Made by a program: the position numbers and the translations under genes. Of a DNA stretch of 64,000 nt, positions 1 to 9,813 are shown one piece after another. The stretch comes from Acidobacteriota bacterium (GTDB lineage: Bacteria; Acidobacteriota; UBA6911), in contig OY761556.1 of NCBI GenBank assembly GCA_963664705.1, positions 2,432,001 through 2,496,000 on the forward strand, given 5' to 3'. The notes under the pieces are model-generated. The model saw nothing but the letters and a program-made list of their open reading frames with translations. It did no database searches and had not been told where the DNA came from. Each line of letters starts with the position of its first letter. Position 1 is the stretch's first letter.

Positions 1-73
1 CGCGAGCCGCCCAGGTACCGAAGGCTTCCGCGTATGTGTCCTCTACTTCAACGCCGTTGATCTGGTATGTCAT
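1..73 (-). CDS. ftr: Formylmethanofuran:H4MPT formyltransferase, N-terminus (runs off the left edge)
   Basis: Manual translation from ATG at 73 gives MTYQINGVEVEDTYAEAFGTWAAR, the Ftr/FhcD N-terminal signature (INGVxIEDTFAEAF). It lies directly downstream of fwdA, as in bacterial fhcBADC. Not in the ORF track. Confidence 0.9.
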   Translation of the reverse strand, partial: MTYQINGVEVEDTYAEAFGTWAAR

Positions 74-110
74 AGTCGTAGGTTTGCTTCCATTTACATT
101 CAGCAGCTCT

Positions 111-1733
111 TCACTTCACCGCGACTTCTCGCGGCCGCTGGAGATAATGCTCGGCTTGCACAGGATAGTTCTCGAACTCAATGGTGTAGTATTTGCTGAA
201 AAAATCCCGAATATCGTTTTCCACGGCCACGTCATACGCAGGAGAAACAAAAAGGGTATGACCGTAGGTCTCCTTGCGAATATGGCCATCCTCCACCAGC
301 ACTTCCCCTTCCTTGATCACATATCTCGGGTTTGCAAACATCTGCTCTTTGTCATCGTGCTTGTCATAGATGGTGATATCCGCATCCGCGCCACAACCGA
401 GATGCCCCTTGTGCGTCAGACCTAAGATCTTTGCCGGCGCAGCCCGGGTAATGATTGCAATCTCGTATAGCGAATATTCCCGATCATGATCCGGCAGACT
501 GGTTTTGGCAATTGCCTTCGGGTTGACCGTTTTCAGGACATCTTTCCGGTATTGCCGATCCATCAACAGCCGGATGATCTGCGGATATGCGACGAAGGAC
601 GCCCCGTTGGGATGATCGGTAGACAAGGCTATTCGCCAGGGATCATTGACAAGGAGGAACCATTCCAGGCCAATGGCCCACTGAGTAGCATGAACATAAT
701 TCTTATCTTTGTATTCTATCGGAACGATGCCGCATCCTTCCTCACACTCCACATCCACATTGACCCATTTTCGGCCGCCAATCTGATGCAGAAGGTAAGC
801 GAGGGGGCCGTCGCCGGTCATAGAGGTGGTTTCCCCGAAAAGAACCTGCCCGATATCCACAGTCACATTTGTGTGCGTATTCACGTACTCGGCCAATTCG
901 GGCACGCGTGAAGTGAATAATCCACCCGGTCGACCGCCATAGCTGTGAAACTGAATATGCGCCAGGTGCCCCGGCCTGCCATCCAGCGCCTTCATGGTTT
1001 CCAGGGTGGCCTGCCAGTTTCCGGCTATTCCAAGGTTATTGCAATGGATGTGCACGGGGTGCGGCAGTCGCAACTCCATACTCGCTTCGGCAAGAGACGA
1101 GATAATCTGGCGCGGCGTAACGCCAAAGCCCGATACTTCGTCGTCCAGCGCATGAACGTTTCCTCTGAATTTCCACAATTCCACGCCGCCCGGGTTCACA
1201 ATCTTGATGGCATACCCTTTTGTTGCCTGCAGCAGCCATGCTACATAGTGCTTCACTTTTTCACGTTCACCGGCGGCGATCTGCTTCATGATGAATTCGT
1301 TATTCCCCATCAAAACAAAAAAGCCTTTGTCGATGACAGGAGTATCCAGAAATTCCTCATGCGCATGTCGCGCCGCCATTGGAGGAACGGCGGCATCAAA
1401 AGCAGTGGTATATCCCATTGCCGCATAACGGTAGCCTGTAGTAAATGTCGATGGAATCGATTTCCCCACGCCGGATCTGGTAATCGCGGTTTTGGACACC
1501 GGGTCCCGCCTGTGATCCTCCGGGCGCATTTTGCGGGCTGTATTGACCTTTGGCCCGGCAATGTGGCAATGCATATCCACACCACCTGGCATAATCACCA
1601 TTCCGGCGGCATCAATTGTCTTTCCTTCCTTGACGGTATCGACGATCCGCCCTTCGCTGACGCAGATCTCTCTCACCTCGCCGTTGATGCCGTTGATCGG
1701 ATCGTATACTTCACCATTGATGATCTTCAGCAT
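111..1733 (-). CDS. fwdA: Formylmethanofuran dehydrogenase subunit A (amidohydrolase, FwdA/FhcA)
   Basis: Metal-site motifs DMHCHIAGPKVN, KIVNPGG, HIHCNNLG, HLAHIQF and STDHPNG; 540 aa. Confidence 0.95.
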   Translation of the reverse strand: MLKIINGEVYDPINGINGEVREICVSEGRIVDTVKEGKTIDAAGMVIMPGGVDMHCHIAGPKVNTARKMRPEDHRRDPVSKTAITRSGVGKSIPSTFTTGYRYAAMGYTTAFDAAVPPMAARHAHEEFLDTPVIDKGFFVLMGNNEFIMKQIAAGEREKVKHYVAWLLQATKGYAIKIVNPGGVELWKFRGNVHALDDEVSGFGVTPRQIISSLAEASMELRLPHPVHIHCNNLGIAGNWQATLETMKALDGRPGHLAHIQFHSYGGRPGGLFTSRVPELAEYVNTHTNVTVDIGQVLFGETTSMTGDGPLAYLLHQIGGRKWVNVDVECEEGCGIVPIEYKDKNYVHATQWAIGLEWFLLVNDPWRIALSTDHPNGASFVAYPQIIRLLMDRQYRKDVLKTVNPKAIAKTSLPDHDREYSLYEIAIITRAAPAKILGLTHKGHLGCGADADITIYDKHDDKEQMFANPRYVIKEGEVLVEDGHIRKETYGHTLFVSPAYDVAVENDIRDFFSKYYTIEFENYPVQAEHYLQRPREVAVK

Positions 1734-3016
1734 GCTTTCAGCTCCTTCACTCGCGTCAACAACCGGCTGAGCAATTCCTGATCAGACGGATACGGAGAGG
1801 GCAGGACTTTCCGCAGCAGAATCGGGATGTTATCCATGCGATATACCGTTCCCTCCACATGAATTCCCGCTGTACATGTCGTGAACGCAACATGCGCGAT
1901 TTTCGTGGTTTCACTTTCATGCGTGTCCACCGCGATTGTGGGAATGGAAGCCAGGTGGCGAACCGCTCTTGCGGGCAGCGTTGCCGCCGGATCGGCGGCC
2001 ACCACGATGGCCGCATCGGCCTCCTTTCGACTGCATACATCGACAACCGTATACTCTCCCGGATTGAAACGAGGGTAGCCCAGGCTGAAGTTGACACCGA
2101 AAGGATACCCCGTCTGCCACGCGACGACATTATCCACGCCGGTTACATTGCCGTGGCCTCTCATAGGAATAATGGCAAATTTTGTATGCTGATGAAGCGC
2201 GCGCACCAGCAGAAAAGCGGCGGTAGTATTGAAGTGCTTGCCCCGCGTTTGCGTCAAGCCCTGACCGGCAAAGAGCACGCCAAATTTGCAGTGCATCATC
2301 TTTTCCGCCAGAGCATTCAGCTGATCGATCGTCAGGCCGGTTTCTTCGACGGACGCTTCATCCACCTTTTGGCCCTTCACAAGAGCCTGGAGAGCCCAAA
2401 GCACCTCAAAATCCTTGCCGGGCTTTATCTGAATAAACATATCCACGGCGGCAGCGCTCGCGGTACGGCGTACATCCACAAGCACGACGGTGCGATCTTT
2501 TCGTCCTCGAGGAATAAACATGCCTTTGGGCATTACAGCATAACGCACCATGTGGCGCGGATGCGATTCCCCCGGATTCGATCCCCAATAAATGATCAGG
2601 TCAGCCCGGTTCTTGACCTCACCCAGGGTACAAGTGGGCTCGCCGACGCCCTGCAGCGCCATGCCTGAAGGGCCATGACATACGGAGGTGCAACAATCCA
2701 GGCACCCGCCCAAAAGCTCAGCCAGCGCCACGGCCGAACGCTGTGCTTCACAGGAAGTGCTGCTCAACCCGTAAACGAGCGGATATCGCGATGCAGCCAG
2801 GCAGCGAGCCGCTTCATGAATCCCTTCTTCCAGGCTGACGGCCTGCCCCTGGATCCGGGCCAACGGGAGGTTCGATGGTTGGCCATGGTTCAGAAACCAT
2901 GCTTTCCCAAGAACACAGGCATTCTTAACCTGGGTAACACGATCCTCTTCAACCGTCACCCGGATATCGTCACAATCACACCCGCAAAATGCGCACACTG
3001 CGTGATCCACTTGCAT
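1727..3016 (-). CDS. fwdB: Formylmethanofuran dehydrogenase subunit B (Mo/W-bis-pterin, 4Fe-4S)
   Basis: N-terminal CAFCGCDCDD...NAC cluster motif, SVCHGPS metal-ligand Cys, TLGEVKNRAD, MRGHGNV, GTVYRMD. Confidence 0.95.
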   Translation of the reverse strand: MQVDHAVCAFCGCDCDDIRVTVEEDRVTQVKNACVLGKAWFLNHGQPSNLPLARIQGQAVSLEEGIHEAARCLAASRYPLVYGLSSTSCEAQRSAVALAELLGGCLDCCTSVCHGPSGMALQGVGEPTCTLGEVKNRADLIIYWGSNPGESHPRHMVRYAVMPKGMFIPRGRKDRTVVLVDVRRTASAAAVDMFIQIKPGKDFEVLWALQALVKGQKVDEASVEETGLTIDQLNALAEKMMHCKFGVLFAGQGLTQTRGKHFNTTAAFLLVRALHQHTKFAIIPMRGHGNVTGVDNVVAWQTGYPFGVNFSLGYPRFNPGEYTVVDVCSRKEADAAIVVAADPAATLPARAVRHLASIPTIAVDTHESETTKIAHVAFTTCTAGIHVEGTVYRMDNIPILLRKVLPSPYPSDQELLSRLLTRVKELKAC

Positions 3017-3025
3017 ACGCCAATC

Positions 3026-3409
3026 CTATGACTCCATTATCCCGGACCCGGGCTTCTGTTCCTGATTTTTGGGAACAGCTCTTGTAATCTCGATCTCCAC
3101 GTGTTTTGAATCGGGCATTCCTGACGCGTAGGTTTCACCGCCAACCAATCGGTTGCACGCCGGACCGAATGCAATGAACGCCATCCCCGGGGGTATATCG
3201 GCAGCACGGCATATGACTTCCGCCGATCCATACTCCGTGGTTATCCGAACGGCATCTCCCTCAGCCAATCCTGACCTCTCCAGATCAACAGTATTCACAT
3301 CCAGGATGCGGGTAGCCTCTTGATAATCCAGGTATTCCTTACCGCTCGAAATTCCAGCACCCTGCTTGGTGGACCTGCCGGTAACCAACATCAGCTTAAG
3401 CGTTGCCAT
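3026..3409 (-). CDS. fwdD: Formylmethanofuran dehydrogenase subunit D (molybdopterin dinucleotide-binding)
   Basis: LVTGRSTKQG, AFIAFGPACN and ETYASGMPDSK match FwdD/FmdD; directly upstream of fwdB. Confidence 0.9.
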   Translation of the reverse strand: MATLKLMLVTGRSTKQGAGISSGKEYLDYQEATRILDVNTVDLERSGLAEGDAVRITTEYGSAEVICRAADIPPGMAFIAFGPACNRLVGGETYASGMPDSKHVEIEITRAVPKNQEQKPGSGIMES

Positions 3410-4553
3410 AAATCCGATCTCTCAACAATCGAGCCTGTCGAACCAACTCGCCATACGTTTCCGCCCGCGTTGCCCCTTGCGCAAGCAGGGTACAAACCGG
3501 ACTGCCTTTCCGCAATAACTGATCCGGGGCCGGAATATCCCTGAGCTGGCAGCCCGGCATATTCAAGACTCCCGGGCAGACGGAATCTTTTTCGCAAAAC
3601 AGAATGCTTTTACCGAAAAAACGGTCGGAACTCAATCGCGATTCCAGTCGAAATTCCGGCAATCTTCGATCGACAACCGCCTCCATATGACAACCAAAAA
3701 TCGACAAGCCATATGCCCGTTCGATCAATTCCATAGAAGCGGAATATCGGGGATTCACCTCGATAAGATATACTTCATCACGATTCAGGATAAAATCAAA
3801 ACCATTGATGCCTATTAATCCATATTCACGGACAAGGAATTCGCATAACCGCCTAACCCGGCTAACCACGGGCAGGCCGGGTTCAAGAGCCTCCGGCAAA
3901 GGCAGGATATTTCCGCAATAGCGATAGCCCTGTGTCCCAAAGTGGCAGTCCCCGATCAATTGCTCCGTGATTCCAAGGAGTACGGTTTCCGATCCGTTGG
4001 CAACAAATGTTGCCGAACAGGCTTTTCCTGCAATGAATTCCTGCACCAGCGTTTCTTTTTCAGGCGTCTGTCCATGAAGGAGGAAGATGCCATGCCCCCC
4101 TCCACTCTTAACCGGTTTACTGAGCCACTGACGTCCCTCATCCAATCCGCGACTATTCTGGCGGGAAAGGGTCTCCGGAACGGAAAAGCCACCCGCCCGC
4201 AGGCGAGCAAATAAAACCGGCCAATCACGGATGGCGGCAACGCTGGCAGGAGAGTTGCCAGCCAGCGGATGGGTCGATTCAAACCTTTGAAGTATTTCAG
4301 GATGGTTCTCGAGATTGGAGGTATAGGCAACGGAGTGAAAATCAAGTTGTCGACTCGCCTCAAACAGCGCACGGGCGCTATAGGGGACATTAAAATCCCG
4401 CGGGAGGGAATAGCAACCGGCAAGTGCTCGCAAATCCTCATCCCCAAAAGCATCCAATGCAACGACCGGGTAGCGGCTTTGGACCGCCGACTCGACAAAG
4501 GCGCGCACACTGATGCCAATGACCAAAATTCTGCATTCTTGCGAAGACGTCAT
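3396..4553 (-). CDS. ATP-grasp ligase (COG2232-like) associated with H4MPT/MFR clusters
   Basis: KPVKSGGGHGI, VQEFIAG, GINGFDF and LIEVNPRYSASME. Start placed at 4553 (GGAG-N4-ATG); an alternative start is 4589. Confidence 0.8.
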   Translation of the reverse strand: MTSSQECRILVIGISVRAFVESAVQSRYPVVALDAFGDEDLRALAGCYSLPRDFNVPYSARALFEASRQLDFHSVAYTSNLENHPEILQRFESTHPLAGNSPASVAAIRDWPVLFARLRAGGFSVPETLSRQNSRGLDEGRQWLSKPVKSGGGHGIFLLHGQTPEKETLVQEFIAGKACSATFVANGSETVLLGITEQLIGDCHFGTQGYRYCGNILPLPEALEPGLPVVSRVRRLCEFLVREYGLIGINGFDFILNRDEVYLIEVNPRYSASMELIERAYGLSIFGCHMEAVVDRRLPEFRLESRLSSDRFFGKSILFCEKDSVCPGVLNMPGCQLRDIPAPDQLLRKGSPVCTLLAQGATRAETYGELVRQARLLRDRIYGNA

Positions 4554-4604
4554 TTCACTCCCTGATTTTCTCCGCAGGTCTTCAGACATTAAAGATCATC
4601 CATC

Positions 4605-4617
4605 CATATTGAAAAGG
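4605..4617 (-). promoter_or_regulatory. Candidate operator CCTTTTCAATATG (copy 1)
   Basis: Exact 13-mer shared with 11249-11261, about 52 bp upstream of the ATP-grasp/fwd operon start. Confidence 0.4.
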
Positions 4618-4793
4618 TGCTCAGTCTATCACAGGGATGAGACTTCCCACACTGGAAGCTCCGGCATATTTCCCGCTCCGGGATTTGCTAAATCCTTCTG
4701 TGCCTGTTTTGCGGCGCGTGAGGTAATATAGCTGTCGTTGCGGAGTTTATTTCGCAGTACAAAACCGAAAAGGCTTCCGGAGGATACCACCGC

Positions 4794-5651
4794 ATGAAGA
4801 AGATACTTATCCAACTCGACAGTGACCGTGTGCCCAGCGTATTTGACGCCGTAACGGCTTACGATGCGGGAGCGGATCGATTGCTTCAACATGGTGGAAT
4901 CGTTCCCACTGAAGTGCGCGACCTCGTTTACGGAGCCATGTTCACGCGCGGACCTTCGGATTTGAAAAACACCGCTGTATTCATCGGGGGAATCAGCGTT
5001 GCAAAAGGAGAGGCCATTCTCAAGGAAACCCTGGCAGCATTCTTCAACCCCTTGAGAGTCTCGGTAATGCTTGACTCCAACGGCTGCAACACAACGGCCA
5101 CGGCCGCGGTGGTCAAAGTCATTTCCGCAGTCCCGGTCCGCGGACAAAAAGTGGTTGTGCTGGCGGGAACCGGACCCGTAGGCCAAAGGGTTGCCGCCCT
5201 CCTCGCCAAAGAGGGAGCCGAAGTCACACTCACATCACGCACTTTTGAGCGAGCCAAAACCGCTTGCGATGCTTTGAAAGAGCGATTTGGGTCGAATGCA
5301 ATTCCGGCAGCCGCGGCCGACTTCGCGGCCACAGCAGCGGTACTTGAAGATGCATGCGCCGCCATCTGCACCGGAGTGGAAGGGGTCATGCTCATTCCGG
5401 AAGATGTCTGGAAAAAGCACCCGACGCTGCAGGTCCTGGCAGACGTCAATGCAGTCCCTCCCCTTGGAATCGAGGGAACGCAATCTCATTGGGACGGTCA
5501 GCAGGTCAATGACAAGCGGATATTCGGTGCCATTGGAATCGGCGGCCTCAAAATGAAAGTCCACAAGAGATGTATTGCACGGCTTTTTGAGCGCAATGAC
5601 CTGGTATTGGACGCAGAGGAGATAATGGTCATCGCCAAGGAATTGGCCTGA
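4794..5651 (+). CDS. mtdA: NAD(P)-dependent methylene-H4MPT dehydrogenase, MtdA/MtdC type
   Basis: KILIQLDSDRVPSVFD, FTRG, MLDSNGCNTTA, AGTGPVG, DVNAVPPLGIEG, GAIGIGGLKMKVH; RBS GGAGGA. Confidence 0.88.
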   Translation: MKKILIQLDSDRVPSVFDAVTAYDAGADRLLQHGGIVPTEVRDLVYGAMFTRGPSDLKNTAVFIGGISVAKGEAILKETLAAFFNPLRVSVMLDSNGCNTTATAAVVKVISAVPVRGQKVVVLAGTGPVGQRVAALLAKEGAEVTLTSRTFERAKTACDALKERFGSNAIPAAAADFAATAAVLEDACAAICTGVEGVMLIPEDVWKKHPTLQVLADVNAVPPLGIEGTQSHWDGQQVNDKRIFGAIGIGGLKMKVHKRCIARLFERNDLVLDAEEIMVIAKELA

Positions 5652-5673
5652 GGAAATGCGCGGAGGGCTTGTC

Positions 5674-6696
5674 TCAAAGGAGGAGGGTGCTGCGGGACAC
5701 GAAGGCTTCGGATTTTTGAATCTTCACCTGAGCGCCCCTGTTTCGGGGCTGTACGCAGAGAACCTGTCCTTCGCCGCAGGTTTGGAGAAAGTCCTTCACC
5801 TGCTGAGTCAGTTTTCGTGCGGACGCTCGCCCCTGGACCAGGCCATAAACAGCGGGTCCCCAGGAACTCTGCCCTGCTCCGACCGCTCCGTTCGCCAGCA
5901 GAAAGTCGATTATCTTTTCGGATAGAGGATTCGAATATCGCCCCCCCTGAACGGCGGCAAAACAATCTCCTATCATCTGCTGTATGATCGTCATCGCCTT
6001 TCCGAAACCATCGATATCTTTTTCAACAAGCGCGGGCAGCATTTTCATCAGAAGCAGATGACTGACTTTTCCCACCAGATCCGGGTTTGCCTCCGGCAAA
6101 TGCGAAAAAGCGCTGCATTCCCTTTCACCGCTGATACCTTGCCCGGTGCCCGGAATACATACAATGAAAAACCAGTCTTTCGGCACCGCACGGTGAAACA
6201 GGATAGGAGGGACATGCTTTCCTGCCTGCCGGGTTGCCCTCGCGGAATCAACGGGCTCGGGGATTCGGTGCCCACCATCCAGAACGAAACCGCCATGTTG
6301 GAAGGTTGCAATCCCTATGCCCGATCTCATGCCCCTTCCGGCATCCAGTGCAATCTCCTCGACGCTCAACGGCAAACCCGCCAGATGAGCCAGTGCCGTC
6401 CCAACCGCAAGCGCTATCTGGGTCCCCGAACCCAGGCCGACGTGCGCGGGGATTCCCGAGATCAGTTGAAGGCGCGCTCCGGCAGGAATCCCATATTTTT
6501 CCACGAAGCGGACGGCGTAAGTTTTTACGCGGTCCGATTCCGCACCCTCGATTATCAGGTCATCCGCCGATTCGGCCTTTAGCCGCAGCTGCGGATGATC
6601 CACCGCCACACCAATGCTGCCATACAGCCGGCCACACTCCCCATTGTGATCCAGCAAACCCAGATGAAGGCGCGCACAGGTTCTGACCTCAATCAT
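5674..6696 (-). CDS. mptG: Beta-ribofuranosylaminobenzene 5'-phosphate synthase (GHMP family)
   Basis: ARLHLGL, PAHVGLGSGTQ, RGMRSGIG, GGFVLDGG, GQSSWGPAVYG. Confidence 0.93.
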   Translation of the reverse strand: MIEVRTCARLHLGLLDHNGECGRLYGSIGVAVDHPQLRLKAESADDLIIEGAESDRVKTYAVRFVEKYGIPAGARLQLISGIPAHVGLGSGTQIALAVGTALAHLAGLPLSVEEIALDAGRGMRSGIGIATFQHGGFVLDGGHRIPEPVDSARATRQAGKHVPPILFHRAVPKDWFFIVCIPGTGQGISGERECSAFSHLPEANPDLVGKVSHLLLMKMLPALVEKDIDGFGKAMTIIQQMIGDCFAAVQGGRYSNPLSEKIIDFLLANGAVGAGQSSWGPAVYGLVQGRASARKLTQQVKDFLQTCGEGQVLCVQPRNRGAQVKIQKSEAFVSRSTLLL

Positions 6697-7244
6697 TACG
6701 CTCCCTTTCGAACAAAGTCTTGTACCATCTGTAAGGCTTGTTTATCGATCGCATCCCCGGTTTTTTCTACGATCTCCCCATACTGCATCAGCTTTTCTTC
6801 CACCCAAAGCGGTTCGTAGAACATCCGTCGCGTGGCCACGATGGTCGCTTCCAGCACGGCATTGCTGCCGCGACGAAACCCAAGGAATTCCTTCTGCCGG
6901 CCCTCGTAGAGCACCCTGCATTGGATATTGGCTCGCACATCGTCCCCTGAATCGGAAATCACCTCCATTTCCCGCCAGGAACAAGTTTCGCTGAACACGA
7001 CACACGGGCTCGCCTTCCCCGGGAAATGAGGAAGCACTGCATCATATAGCGCACTCCGGACATACGCCAGAATATCATCGCTTATGTTTGCTACTCCATA
7101 CCTGGTAGAGAGAAGGTTCCGACAGGTATGGCTGTCACGGAATGGCCTCACGACGACAATGTTCCGGTCCCACACCACTCCCATAGGTGCGAAGTTGGGT
7201 TTCCCGCTCTCATCCAGAGTGGAGAAAATCGTCTCAACAATCAT
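6696..7244 (-). CDS. DUF447 family protein (H4MPT biosynthesis-associated)
   Basis: IVETIFST...PNFAPMG, PFRDSHT, NAVLEATIVATR; its stop overlaps the mptG start. Confidence 0.82.
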   Translation of the reverse strand: MIVETIFSTLDESGKPNFAPMGVVWDRNIVVVRPFRDSHTCRNLLSTRYGVANISDDILAYVRSALYDAVLPHFPGKASPCVVFSETCSWREMEVISDSGDDVRANIQCRVLYEGRQKEFLGFRRGSNAVLEATIVATRRMFYEPLWVEEKLMQYGEIVEKTGDAIDKQALQMVQDFVRKGA

Positions 7245-7317
7245 ATTTCGAATTTTGCATAAAACTCAGCACCGTGAGTTTAACCCAAAAAACCGAGGAC
7301 TCAGATAACAAAACAAA

Positions 7318-9216
7318 TCACTGAACCACAGACAAAACCCGATAGGAATGCGGCTTGATCTGCAGCGGGAATTGCAGCCTGTTGCCGCCCCCTTGCCCGA
7401 ACCCAAACCAGGCAGGAGCAGAGTTCTTGGGCGGCGTCTGAGGGGAAAACTCCTCGCCACTGACGATATCCCTCAGCCGGGGAAATTTCGGATCGAGCGA
7501 GATTCTGATATCCACGCTATCGGGAAGGAAGGACTCCACGATAAACGTATTATTGTCATACATGAACAGACTGACATCCCCCGGGCTTTCAATACGGACA
7601 AAGGAGTCCCGCAACAATACATTTCGGATTTGAGTTAGAACAGGAGCAGGAAAACTATACAGGTCGCTGAAGTTTTCCGGAACCGTCAAAACATAGAGCT
7701 GCCCTTTTGAGTATCCAGCCTGGATCAGCAGCGGATAGCCCAGATCATTCTGCGTCATGCCGCTGACCAGTTCCCATGCATCGTTAGTGAGATACTGCAG
7801 TTCCGGTATGATGATGTGGAGATCAGGCGAGACCGCGCTTTGCCCTCTGAAACTCTTTATAATCGCCTTTCTATCTGTCACGCGAATTTCCGCAATATCC
7901 TCGATACCCCTCCCCTGGAGAGCCCGCAGAAGGCCGGAGGTGATGACCACAGACTTCCCATCTACCAATTGTTTTTTGATTTTCACAACGACAGAAGGAT
8001 CCGCCGCCGCACTTTCGGTAAGCAGTACCATCGCGGCTTCGCTTGGGAACTCCGGCACGAGGTCGATTGGAATGCCCACCATGCCGAGGTAGGTCTGAAG
8101 GAAATCCTCGCCGGTGGAATGATAGGGGCGATAGCTTTTGAGACCAACCGGTTTCCCCAGCTTGCCCAGGAAGGTATCCGCCTGTTCAAAGGCAACGCCG
8201 GCCGCGCGGGCGATGGTCGTGGGCTTGATGGAGCTTCCATCCTGCTGTTTGATCGGCTCCATCATCCGGTCAAAATCGAAGCTTGTTTGCTGCCCCTGCC
8301 ACGGTCCACGGTCTGCCGGCCGAAGCTGCCGCTGCAGTTGGGCAAAATCGAACAGTGTAACTTCCGGCGTTTTGGCAAAAAGTGTCAGCCAGAGCTGCTC
8401 TGCATAGCGGTCCAGAAACCGGCTTGCCGCGGTATCGACCCAGCCACCGCCATTCCCGCCGGGCTTTAAATTCTCAAAGTACCGAAAAATGGAGTATCCC
8501 AGGTACTCCTGCAGATGCTGATCGCCGGTTCGATCCCGTGTTTCTGTTCCGGTATAGATCCCATCAAATAGCTTTGGCTCGGTTTCCAGGTTGAAACCAA
8601 GTCCCTGAAAGTGCTCATACCAATTGGGATACTTAATGACCAGCTTTACTTTCGGATTCACAGCCTTGGCCGGCTTGACCACAAGCTCACGGGCTGCTTC
8701 ATCCATCAAGGCCAGCCGAAACTGGGTCCAGCTTCGGGTTCCCTTGGCACGAATACAGGCATCGCATTTGCAGTTCGTAAAGAAGAAATCGTCAAAAATG
8801 ATCTCGTCAAAAAGGCCGGCCGTAAATTCCACTACCTGCTTCAAGTGCTTCCGATGTTCCGGGTTGGTATAACAGAATGTCTCAAAACGGTTCATCTCGT
8901 TCACAGTGGCTGTGATTCCACCTGCCACCGTAACCCCGCGATCCTGAAAAAAGCGTTTCAGCTTGAGAATAGTATCCTTCCCCGCCACCTTCATGTCCCG
9001 GTGAGTTTCCAGATATATCTTGTCTACCTTTACCTGCCGCGCAATCTCATTCCAGCGAGGCTCGAGCCACGAGAGGTCGTCCATGCGAAGCACTTCATAG
9101 ACGCGGGCGTAAACAGACACCTTAAAGTTGTTGTAATGATCTGCAGCACCGGCTGCATAGGGAATCAGTGAGCATGCGAAAACAACCAGCAATCGAAGAG
9201 CAAGAGAACGTTTCAT
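7318..9216 (-). CDS. Secreted protein with probable glycoside hydrolase-like TIM barrel
   Basis: Signal peptide (MKRSLALRLLVVFAC...AAGA), DEIIFDDFFFTNCKCDAC putative Zn motif, KYPNWYE. Fold is inferred. Confidence 0.5.
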   Translation of the reverse strand: MKRSLALRLLVVFACSLIPYAAGAADHYNNFKVSVYARVYEVLRMDDLSWLEPRWNEIARQVKVDKIYLETHRDMKVAGKDTILKLKRFFQDRGVTVAGGITATVNEMNRFETFCYTNPEHRKHLKQVVEFTAGLFDEIIFDDFFFTNCKCDACIRAKGTRSWTQFRLALMDEAARELVVKPAKAVNPKVKLVIKYPNWYEHFQGLGFNLETEPKLFDGIYTGTETRDRTGDQHLQEYLGYSIFRYFENLKPGGNGGGWVDTAASRFLDRYAEQLWLTLFAKTPEVTLFDFAQLQRQLRPADRGPWQGQQTSFDFDRMMEPIKQQDGSSIKPTTIARAAGVAFEQADTFLGKLGKPVGLKSYRPYHSTGEDFLQTYLGMVGIPIDLVPEFPSEAAMVLLTESAAADPSVVVKIKKQLVDGKSVVITSGLLRALQGRGIEDIAEIRVTDRKAIIKSFRGQSAVSPDLHIIIPELQYLTNDAWELVSGMTQNDLGYPLLIQAGYSKGQLYVLTVPENFSDLYSFPAPVLTQIRNVLLRDSFVRIESPGDVSLFMYDNNTFIVESFLPDSVDIRISLDPKFPRLRDIVSGEEFSPQTPPKNSAPAWFGFGQGGGNRLQFPLQIKPHSYRVLSVVQ

Positions 9217-9288
9217 ACATCAACCTCGATAAAAATGGCTTGTACCGCCATACACCTGCGCACCCGGCACCGGCCATTTTGGTGTAAA

Positions 9289-9813
9289 TTACCAACCCAT
9301 CCGTTTTTTTAGTTCGGTAATGTGCGCCGTGTGATGCCTGCCGTGCCAGGCCATCATCGGCAACAGCGTATCCAGCGTCATCAACCCTCGCTCAGGGTGG
9401 ATAAGCTTCCGGGACCAATCTGCAGGCTGCAGCGATTCAAACATCTGCGTCCAGCGTCCATGGAGACCATCGAGCAGCGCAAGCGAATGCAGGACCGGAG
9501 ATGTGCGCGCATCAGACAATTCGGCCCAGAGGGCCTCATCGAAAGGTTTGATGATCGGCTCATTTTCCGTCAATCCAAGCTTTGTACGCACATACCAGTT
9601 CATATGAGAATCAGCCAAGTGATGAACAACCTGGCGCACAGTCCATCCCTCCGGACGATACACCGTATCCAGTTGGCTGTCGGCAAGGCCCTGCACAGCC
9701 AGGCGCAGCAGATTCGGCAACTCTCCTATCTGCCGCATGCAGAGAATCCGCTCCGCTGGTGTTGTTGTGGAAGCTGCCTGGTATTGTCCAATCGGGTATC
9801 GCAAATCAGACAT
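9289..9813 (-). CDS. yfiT: YfiT/DinB family thiol S-transferase (bacillithiol transferase-like)
   Basis: DLRYPIG, YRPEGWTVRQVVHHLADSHMN, WHGRHHTAHI; RBS GGAGGAG before ATG 9813. Confidence 0.88.
   Translation of the reverse strand: MSDLRYPIGQYQAASTTTPAERILCMRQIGELPNLLRLAVQGLADSQLDTVYRPEGWTVRQVVHHLADSHMNWYVRTKLGLTENEPIIKPFDEALWAELSDARTSPVLHSLALLDGLHGRWTQMFESLQPADWSRKLIHPERGLMTLDTLLPMMAWHGRHHTAHITELKKRMGW

Noticed and set aside
1727-3016. Selenocysteine (FwuB-type) variant
   Set aside because: The ligand position is a normal Cys codon and the ORF is uninterrupted.
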